The notes beneath the pieces are model-generated. The model was not told the DNA's origin. It worked only from the letters and a program-made list of their open reading frames with translations, and made no database searches. 64,000 nucleotides of DNA from Azolla caroliniana (Eukaryota > Plantae > Polypodiophyta): contig JBHGNT010000007.1 of assembly GCA_043228905.1 (NCBI GenBank), forward strand, positions 12,524,001-12,588,000, given 5' to 3'. How positions within the stretch are numbered: position 1 is the stretch's first letter; each line of letters starts with the position of its first letter. Below are positions 25,316 to 35,204 of this stretch, piece after piece. The translations under genes were made by a program, and so were the position numbers.

Positions 25316-25751
25316 TGTTACCGGCCGGCAAAGGAGTCCAGAGTGGGAAACAGAGAGTTAATTAAGTAGTAGGAATGTGGTTGTAATTAAGCTATGAGTG
25401 TGGACGGACGGACCGGAAACGGTATGCCGTTCCGGATCCGGACCGATCCCGAACAGGTGCGGATGGCACCGTTTTGTAATACAGACCGGAAACCTATTTA
25501 AAGGCCCGGATACAATGTAATAGTTAGCGGTTAATTAATGAAAGCTTAAGCGTTGTTATCTCTCTGTGTTAATTGCCGTTCTGTCTTAATTGTTATATCT
25601 TACACGTGTGTTATGAAAGACGATCATAATAAGTAACTTAACCAAGTAGGATTAAGTGTTGAAGTCTAATCCGGTGGCCGTAACACCCTTTGGTGAAGTG
25701 TCTCCCGTAGACACCCTGTGTTAGGCCATTGTCCGGCCCGAAGAGTTAACA
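25316..25751 (+). repeat. 5' LTR of gypsy copy A
   Basis: Direct repeat of 34769-35204. TATA-like CCTATTTAAAGG at ~25493. Confidence 0.98.
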
Positions 25752-25758
25752 CAGTTTT

Positions 25759-25768
25759 TGGCGACCAC
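25759..25768 (+). other. Primer-binding site TGGCGACCAC (probably tRNA-Arg UCG)
   Basis: Lies 7 nt after the 5' LTR and is identical at ~13913 and ~14586. Complementary to the recalled plant tRNA-Arg(UCG) 3' end GUGGUCG-CCA. Confidence 0.8.
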
Positions 25769-25804
25769 GATTCTTGTTTTTGCAGCGAACGACGGCACGG
25801 ATGG

Positions 25805-28800
25805 ATGTCTAGATCAACGCACGACCTGGTTACAGATCGAACTCGACGCCTTGCCGAAAGGCAAAGGAGACGCGAGGCTTTCCAGCAAGCAGCGCAGGAA
25901 ATTAGAGCGGATCGCTCGTTTTCCAACGTAATCCGGAGAGTAGCGGAGGACTCCCTCTGGTTACAGCAAACATCGCACCCGGACGACGACAACAGCTTAA
26001 GCAGCCTCCGGGAAACCGAATCCCTTCTCCACGCGTTGGCAAACGGAGAAGGCGAAGCAGAAGCCTTTTCAACATATGAATCAGACTCCGAAGGGGAATA
26101 CAACGTGCACACGAACTACCGTAGCAGCAACGAAACCCCGGGCGGACCGGAGGACGAAGGATCGGATACCTTACCGACACCGGAACCGAAAGTGCTAACG
26201 TTGGAACCCCTGGAACCAGCAGAGGAAGAGCGACCTCCGACACCGGAAGTCGAAGAGGAGAGGCCTCCGGCACCAAAGGAGGAGGAAAAACCACCGACGC
26301 CGGAAACAAATCGGGAAAGACCACCCACCCGGAGAAGATTCTGGAATGAGCACCAACACTGCCAGCCCGCGCACCAATACCGGACGACAACATGCCGTTC
26401 CAGTACTCCAAGTACAGAGATGATCCGGACGTGGAAGCTCATGTGCACGCCTTTGAACAGACATGGGAAGCCAACCATGTGTCCCAACGATTGACCCCGG
26501 AGGAAGAAGAACGCTCTAAGATAGCGGAATTTGGCGTCACATTGGAGGGACCGGCAGCAAGATGGCGCCGGACACAGGACCCGTCTACCATCAACACCTT
26601 TGCAGATTTAAAAGCTAAATTCTTGCATTTTTTTCAAAAGGAGGTGGACCAGACCATAATGGTAGGCTTATTTTATACCATCCGGCAAGAGGTAGGGGAG
26701 AGCATCCCCCAATTTGTCATCCGGTTTCAACGGATGCATAGTCAGCTTGCCCGCGCACCCCCGGAAGAGGAATTACGGACTATATTCCTAAACGCGCTCC
26801 GGGAACCCCTACGCACGGTTTGCACGGTAATCGACTTCCGCACAAGCATCATCGACCAGGTCATTGACCGGGTGAGAGAGATGGAAAAGACAAGCTCCTG
26901 GCTCACACTGGGAGCACTTCAACGGGTGTTACCGTCCGATGAAGACCTCTGGTTTCGGCAAGCAATACAGTGCACAACCTGCTTGAATTCCGGACACTCG
27001 GCTCTAGAATGCACTATGAGGACGCAATGTGTAATCTGTCAATCCAAGAGCCATACGACGGATAGGTGCGAGTATAATCTGTTGAATCGGCAAGCACCGC
27101 CCGTCCGACAAATTGAGCCACGCAGCAGCCGGGATGAAGAAGACGAACGCTGGTGGCGAATGGACCGTGACCGACCGGCACAGGATGTCCGGTATGGCGA
27201 GCGACGGGAAAATGATGTCTGGTATGGCGATCGACGGGAAAATGATGTCCGGTACAGTGATCGGCGGGATAACTATGACCGGCATGATCGGTACCAGGAT
27301 TACAATAGACGATACGAACATTACGACCGGGAGCACTCCCCCAGGTATCGTCAGCAACGGGAGGAATACGACAGATATAACGGGCAACCCCGTCAAGAGT
27401 ACCGTAATAAGAAGAGCTATAACAAAAAACGGCATTTTAAAAAAGGCGGCTACCCCCGGGATCCGGAACAAGCAGCTCCAAGTAGCCAACCGGAACAAAA
27501 CCCCGTGCGTACCGTAGGACCTGCCTCGGGTACAACAGACAATGCCGAATCTAGCAATACCCGGAAGGCCTACTGCTACTACTGCCGACAAGAAGGCCAT
27601 TATAGTAACCAATGCCCGGTGAAGAGCTATGAAAAACGACTGGCGGTAAATATGGTAGTCCCTGAGGTGGCGGATCTGCAGCAGGTGACCACAAGGTCGA
27701 AGGGCATGGCCAAAGAATGGGAGACACAGGAGACCATCCGGAAACAATCAACGGAATGGGTAAAGAAAGCAAACGAGCAGAATGTCATAGACTTACAGCA
27801 GCAAAAGGAGAACACCGCAGGGCTTGCCGGCGGTAGTCAGTCCGAGAACGAGACATGGCAGGCGTTGCAAGAATGCCAGATTACGTTACCACTAGGAAGA
27901 CTCCTACAACTCGTGCCAAGATTCACGGAAGGACTGAAGACGGCCATGACGGCAGGAGAACCATCACCGGCACCGGTACTCTTCTCGAATCCAGAGGAGG
28001 GACCAATGGTGGTGGACACCAGTAGTCCGGTAATCACTGCCATTGTGAAAGGGAAAGAACTCCCCGACACAGTTATAGACGGAGGCGCTGGGGTGAATGT
28101 AATAAGCCTCCGGACGTGTGATGACCTAGGAATCCACGAGTGGGAGCCGTGTCCGTTCTGGTTGCGGATGGCCGATACAAGCTCAGTGCAACCGACAAGA
28201 TTAATACGGAAATTAGAAGTCACCGTCGGCGGTCATACATTTCACATCTCGGCCGTAGTGCTACAATTACAGGCACAAGGCGCATACCCGCTATTGCTGG
28301 GGCGGCCATGGTTGAAAACGGCACATATCAAACAGAATTGGCGAAAAAATATAATTACCTTCCGGCGAGGAAAAGCCAAGGTACGGGTACCAACACAGCC
28401 AAGGACGAGCACTGGCAAGGAATGTACACCGTTGTATGCGGAATGCGTCAACATGCTAGAAGGGTTAGCGGACGAAGAAGAAGCTCAATACCTGCAGGAA
28501 AACCCGAAGATCATACCCCTCTTCGAAATTGACATTACCGAAGCAGTAGCACCATACTTACCGCAACCGGAAGAGGCTGAAGCAGAACCGGATAAAGAAG
28601 CAATCCGGGAGTTATGGCAAGCGCAGGAAGCGTTGGAACGGGAAATGGCCGTTTCACAGCGCGTAAAAGCGTCGCAACTGGAAGAGGTGAACCTAGGCAC
28701 CACGGATGAAGCAAAACCGGTGCACATCGCCAAGGAGATGAAGTCCGAAGACAAAACGGCGATGATAACACTTCTCACAGAATTCCGCGATGTGTTCGCA

Positions 28801-31578
28801 TGGTCATACGAAGATATGAGAGGGCTCGACCCTCAGTTATACCAGCATCAAGTGCACTTGAGCAAGGACGCAAAACCAGTGGCACAAAGACGGTACCGGA
28901 TGAATCCCAATTATGCCGCCAAGGTCAAGGAGGAAATCGACAAACTGCTAAGAGTTGGCTTTATCCATCCAGTAAAGAAAGCGACAAGGTATTGCTGATT
29001 GTAGTCGTACCGAAGAAGAATGGAAAAATTCGAGTTTGCGTGGACTACCGGAAACTCAATGCGGCTACGGTAACGGATGCGTTTCCACTTCCATTCACAG
29101 ATGGAGTGTTGGATGCCGTCGCCGGCCATGAGGTCTATAGCTTCCTAGACGGATTCAACGGGTATAATCAGATCCGGATGCACCCCGACGACCAAGAGAA
29201 AACGACATTCGTCACCGAATGGGGGGTCTTTGTGGCCGTGGTGATGATGTTCGGACTCAAAACGGCACCGGCAACATTTCAACGAATCATCATGGAAATC
29301 TTTGGTGAATATATACCGGCTTTTATGTAGGTTTTCCTTGACGATTTCGCCGTCTATAGCCGGGAGGAGGACCATTTTCAGCACCTCCGTCCTTGTCTAG
29401 AAAAGTGTAGAGTGTATCGGCTAAGCTTGAATCCGGCAAAGTGTGTATTTGGCGTGTCTAGTGGAACCTTATTAGGACATATTGTGAGCCAGGAAGGTAT
29501 TGCAGTCGACCCGGACAAAGTGAAAGCCATATTAGAAGCACCGGCGCCGGTAACGGCAAAGGCATTAAGCCGGTTCTTAGGCCAGATCCGGTGGCACAAC
29601 CGGATGCTCCGATACTTGGCCGACCTGGCTACACCGTTGCATGCCGCCATACATCGGACACCATTCCAGTGGACCGACACGGAGGATAGGGCGTATAGGG
29701 CCCTCGAGGTACTATTGTCGCAGGCACCGGTAGTGCACAACCTCCGGATTGGAGTAAAGAATTTCACGTGTTCGTGGACGCCTCCGACATCGCAATCGGA
29801 AGCGTACTAATGCAGCTTACGGAACCAAAGTGGTACCGGCCAGTGTACTATGCCAGCCGGAAGCTATCCCAAGCAGAACGGAACTACTCTACTACGGAAC
29901 GGGAAGCTCTAGGGATGATCTACAGTGTGACAAAGTTTTGGCATTATTTGTTGGGAAGGAAGTTTTCCTTCCATGTAGATCATTCGACACTCCTTTACCT
30001 GGTGTCCAAAGCGTCACTCACCGGCAAATTGGCCCGGTGGACCTTACTGTTACAGGAGTTCGAGTTTGAAATATTCCACCGACCCGGTATACAGCATGCC
30101 GTAGCGGATTACGGTGACGGAGTACCGGATGAGTTTCCGGATGCGGAGCTGTTTCGAGTCACTACGGAGACGGCAACAGATGAGACGGTGGCCCATGAAG
30201 ACAAGTGGCTCACAAATATGCACCAGTTTCTGAGCACAAGACTGCCTCCGAAAGAGCTGAACCGGGACGAACGGAAACGCCTGGCGGTGCAAAGCCGGCA
30301 TTTCTGCTTACTACAAGACACACTGTACCACAAGGGCGCGGACGGCATATGGAGACGGGCGGTGCGCAGTGATGAAAAGGAACTGATATTGAGGGAAGCC
30401 CACTGCGGAGTGGCCGGAGGTCACTATGCCGGAGATGCGACGGCCAGAAAAATATGGCAAAGTGGCCTATGGTGGCCAACGACATTAAGAGATGCGGTAC
30501 GGTACGCAAAAGAATGTGACCTGTGCCAGAGAATGGGCCAGCCAACGGAGCAGGCTCGTATGCCACACCAGCCGGTACTACCACTCGAGCCATTCCAAAA
30601 GTGGGGGCTGGACTTTGTAGGACCGTTCAAGCCACCGGCAATGAGAATGGGTAATCGGTACGTTATCGTTGCTACGGATTACTGCACGAAATGGGTGGAG
30701 GCCAAAGCTTTACAGGATAACACCGCTGCGTCAACGGCAAAGTTTCTATATGAGTACATCTGGTGCCGTTACGGATGCCCCATGAATTGATAAGTGACCA
30801 AGGGGGGCATTTTCTCGGACAAGTAGTGGAAAGCCTAACGACCTTCTATGCCGTTGTACACAAACGGAGCACACCTTACTATCCACAGGCGAACGGTTTA
30901 GCGGAATCAACAAACAAGACGCTCCAGAATATCCTCCGGAAGATCGTCAACGAAAACCGGACGGATTGGGACACAAAGCTACATAGCGTGCTTTGGGCAT
31001 ACCGGACGGCATACAAAACGAGCATCCGAACAACACCATTCCGGTTGGCGTTCGGACTCGAGGCGGTCATGCCGGTAGAATTCCAAGTACCTAGCTTACG
31101 GATCCAGCTACGGGAAAGGTTGAACGAGAAGGAGTCGGAGGCAATAAGGTTGACAACGCTGTGTGAGCTCGAGGAACAACGACTGGCCAGCATCCTACAT
31201 TTAGAATTGGAGCAACGCAGACGGAAAGCATTTGTCGACCGACACAGGAAAGGTATCGAAAAAATGTTCGCAATCGGCAAACCGGTGTTAGTATTCCAAA
31301 CCCGGATGGGCAAGATGCCAGGTAAGCTACGGTTTAGATGGACCGGGCCATATTGGCTAACACGGGAGTATAATGGGTCCTACCAATTAGGGACACTTGC
31401 CGGCGAAGTGCTAGGCAAATGGGTCAACGGATTCCGGTTGAAGGCATATAGAGGACCGATGCCTAAGAACCCGTTTGAGCAAAGGACTGACGGCAACCAC
31501 CAAGACGGCAGAGAAGGCGAGCCGGTAACTGGGGAGAATGAGGCCGGTAAGGGTCCGAGAGGACCAACGGACAAGTGA
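25805..31578 (+). pseudogene. gag-pol polyprotein of gypsy A (Gag, CCHC, protease, RT, RNase H, integrase) with several frameshifts and stops
   Basis: CYYCRQEGHYSNQC; VIDGGAG; CVDYRKLN; FLDDF; VDAS..EREA..VDH; HHCC zinc finger; WGLDFVGP; GPY. Confidence 0.95.
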
Positions 31579-31965
31579 CGTCACACTAATAATAATAATA
31601 ACTAAAAATAAAAAAAATAAAAAAAATAAAAAACAATCATGCAAAAGCGAGGAATGAATGGATGAAAGAGTGTGGAGCGAAAAGGTACGTAGTGGGCATT
31701 TAAAGCGCCACCACAGGACATAATGCTATTTTAAGTACGCGACATGCACACACTCGAAAAAGGCGCCAGAATGCACAGACAAAAACCACTGCGCGTAGAG
31801 ACCCTCTACTTTCGCGAACCCAGGAGCACAGAAGCACCAAGACGTTGCAAGATCATCAGACGAGAACCTGCGCACAGAGAACCCCCGCCTTCTGAACTCT
31901 CTCTTTCTCAACCCCACTCTCATCACCATCCAACCTCGCCACCGCCATCCGACCTCGACACAGAC

Positions 31966-34714
31966 ATGGACCCGCAAACGCTGTCGGAAGCCGCCAAGAC
32001 ATGGCTGAAGCAACACGGGCTCGAGGGCTTCTTGATGATGATGGAAGTACCGCCACACAAAGAAGCCGACAAAGTGATCAAGGAAATCGATACAGAGGTC
32101 ATAATGGTAGAGGCGATTCGAGCATTAACAGGCCTTCCGGAGGGAGGCATACTCACGATCGACAATCCAACCCCGGAGCAACTCATCAGGTATTTTGGTG
32201 AGTACTCTCTAGCCAGCAAGGGCTACCGGACACAGGGCGGCGGAGATATGATGTTCCGCGAAATTGCTCGTGTGCTCCATGAATACAGCCACGTGTACCC
32301 TAGACCCCCTGTCATGCCGCAGAACTGGGCAGGGATGATCATCGCCACCTATGAAGGGATCAAGGTGGATTGGCCGGTATTGATCGCAGACGGGTTGTGT
32401 GCGGCGATCGAGATCGTCAGAGGCAAAGACGGCAAAGAAGGCCGAGACGGACGAAGGATATGGCACGCCGTAACGTAGTGGCTCACCTTGCTAGTGCCAC
32501 CCGTTCAGACTGTCCAGCCCAAGAAGTGAGGAAGAGTGCCGGACGGCACCCCAAGGACAGCTTCCAAACGGCAACAGCTGTTGGCCTCTAAGGCCACTAA
32601 GGGAAAGGCGGCGGATGCAGAACAGGCGACAGCAGGAAGCGGCAACCGGAAGCGCCCAACGGAGGTGCAGGAGGAACCATCGGCACGGCCCGTAAAGGTC
32701 ACACTCCGCCGACCGGTGAATTGAGAAGCGGACCCCTTGGCGGCAAAACTCAATGCCGGAGCTCAGGAGGAGTAAATAGAGGAGGAGCCTACGGAGCACC
32801 TCTAGCGACGGTCGTCGGCAAGGACCGTTGAGACAGCCGGGAAACGTTCGGACCCTCAGACGGAGGGAACACCGGCTCCCCATACTGAGACTCCCACGCC
32901 AAGGAAGGAACCGGAACTTGTGCAGATGGCACCGGAAACAGAAGCCCCGGCACCACCGGCAAGTCCCATCCCACCAGAGCCGGAAAGGTCACTATAGCCT
33001 CCCTCGGTCAGCCAAGAAGAAGCGCAAGGGGAATCAGGACAGCAAGATGGTCCACGGGCAGAAAAGGAACTGCAACTCGGCGCAACCAGGCGGGACCACC
33101 CCTCTACAAGTGAGCCCATCTGTCAAACCTCCGTGCAAGTACAACAAGGCACCGGTAGCCTGTGGCTCCGGTGGATAGGCGAACAGATAGACGGAGTAGT
33201 GGGGTATATTGAGGCGGAAGAAAGAGCGCAAAGCGAACGATTGCTCGTCACAACCGAACAACTAGAGACGGCCCGGTCCAGAATCCGGTGCCTTGAAAAA
33301 GACTTGGATCAGGTCACGACAGAGATGGCCAAAATACGGATCCAATCACCGGTGACTCCGGTAAGTGTACAGAATAAAGAAACAGAACGACCTGTACATA
33401 GCAATAAGACCCCGACAACGGAAACTTTTCCGGCGAGAGATGCGGCGCAAGCTCAGGAGCTTGCGGAATTGAGAGAGGAACTTGCCGCACAAGAAGCGCT
33501 AAGGAGCCGTGAACGAGAATTGAAGACGGCGGCCGAAGCCGAATTAAAGAAGACTGCTGAGAACCTCCGCCAGGCAGAGGAGAGCCTCCGGAAAGGCCAT
33601 CAACCGTACGACCGGCTAAAGGAGGAGAAAGACAAAGTGCTGCAGGAAAAGGACAAGCTGCGGAAAACGGCGGAAACAGAGATTGAACGGCTAAAGGAAG
33701 AGCTCCGCCAGCAGAAGGACCGCGAGGACCGGGCCCGTCGTCAGATCAACGCACGGCTCAAGCAAAAGACGGATGATTTTGAGCACCTGCACTGGGACTA
33801 CAAACGGCTGGAAACGGAGCATAAAGAATGGATGGCCGAGCTCCAGCAGGCAGTTGATCGGGCCGCGACGGGCGGAAAATACAAGACGCTTGGACGAGGC
33901 GGAGAAGGTCCGGATGGAGCTCCAGAGGCAGCAGCAGGAAGACAAAGAGAGAGCGTCAATAGTATTGCAGAAATTACAAAGCACATATCAAAGGCAATTG
34001 ACGCATTACAAGGCGCAGGCGGAGGACAACGTCAAAATCATCAAACAACTGAAGGAGGAACGGCAAGCGGGGGAAACCAAATCGTAATTGGGAACGAGCC
34101 GGATTCAGTCCATCCTCCGGGCATGGCTGAATCAGAAAAAACACTTGATTGATGAAAGCTCCGTAAAATGGTGGACAAAGTGGGCACAAAACGCGGCGGA
34201 ACTCCAGTTGCTACGGGCGGATGTGGCAAACCGGCGGAAGGAAGGAGATGACTGTTATACATTGACTTCCGAGGACTTCACCGCCATACGGGACGAGCTG
34301 GCCGACGACTTCCAAGTCCTGGCAGATGAACAACTGGCGTAGGTCAGGCAGCTCGTAGCCCAGTTGGAAGATGATAGGCTGGACGCTCAAATCCAGTTTG
34401 AAAGCTACGAGCGGTCCCGAGTGCGGGAAGAAAAAGCACGGGAAGCGGCAACGGTTAACCTTAGTGATGAGGAACCGTCGCCGGCTGAGGGCCAGCCGGG
34501 AACCAGTCAACCGGAGACCACTACGACGCAGGGAGCAACGACGGAGACGCCGGTGTCAGAGCCACAAATGGAGGAGCAGCCGCAGCAACCACCAACGGAC
34601 CCGCCGCAACAGACAGCAACAGAGCAACAACAACAACAACAACAACAACCACTTCCAGATGAACCATTGGAGCCTCTCGAACAAAGCATTTTGGACATTT
34701 TGGACGAAGAATAG
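31966..34714 (+). pseudogene. Extra 3' ORF of gypsy A (~915 codons: N-terminal globular domain, low-complexity linker, long coiled coil, acidic tail)
   Basis: ORF pieces starting at 31744, 32536 and 33133 share a frame; those at 33773, 34088 and 34364 share another. The N-terminus is homologous to copy B 23034-23420. The C-terminus SILDILDEE* resembles SILHIFYEE* at ~55000. Confidence 0.8.
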
Positions 34715-34724
34715 CAAGGGTCGG

Positions 34725-34766
34725 TTGTGGATTCGACGTACAAGGTACTGTCCCACGGGCGTGCCA
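34725..34766 (+). other. tRNA-Arg 3'-half-like motif (inverted PBS) in place of a PPT
   Basis: TTGTGGATTCGA-CGTACAAGGTACT-GTCCCACGGGCGTGCCA, 2 nt before the 3' LTR. Homologues at 18050-18090 and 55080-55121. Confidence 0.8.
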
Positions 34767-34768
34767 TG

Positions 34769-35204
34769 TGTTACCGGCCGGCAAAGGAGTCCAGAGTGGG
34801 AAACGGAGAGTTAATTAAGTAGTAGGAATGTGGTTGTAATTAAGCTATGAGTGTGGACGGACGGACCGGAAACGGTATGCCGTTCCGGATCCGGACCGAT
34901 TCCGAACAGGTGCAGATGGCACCGTTTTGTAATACAGACCGGAAACCTATTTAAAGGCCCGGATACAATGTAATAGTTAGCGGTTAATTAATGAAAGCTT
35001 AAGCGTTGTTATCTCTCTGTGTTAATTGCCGTTCTGTCTTAATTGTTATATCTTACGCGTGTGTTATGAAAGACGATCATAATAAGTAACTTAACCAAGT
35101 AGGATTAAGTGTTGAAGTCTAATCCGGTGGCCGTAACACCCTTTGGTGAAGTGTCTCCCGTAGACACCCTGTGTTAGGCCATTGTCCGGCCCGAAGAGTT
35201 AACA
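34769..35204 (+). repeat. 3' LTR of gypsy copy A
   Basis: Direct repeat of 25316-25751, followed by TSD CGTTG. Confidence 0.98.

Larger units (their letters stand above)
25316..35204 (+). mobile_element. Gypsy copy A, full length (9.9 kb), non-chromovirus (Athila-like domain order)
   Basis: 436-bp LTRs at 25316-25751 and 34769-35204 (TGTTA...TAACA) differ by 4 transitions in a manual comparison. TSD CGTTG at 25311-25315 and 35205-35209. Confidence 0.98.

Noticed and set aside
25682-25751. Hammerhead or other ribozyme in the gypsy U5 (three helices, TGGTGAAG)
   Set aside because: No CUGAnGA and GAAA core at the proper junction positions. Kept only as a conserved structure.
26320-26400. Programmed frameshift between the gag N-terminal ORF and the capsid ORF
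   Set aside because: The same region is one continuous frame in copy C (14627-15271), so this is a copy-specific indel.
31966-34714. Retroviral-type envelope gene
   Set aside because: No signal peptide or transmembrane segment is apparent.
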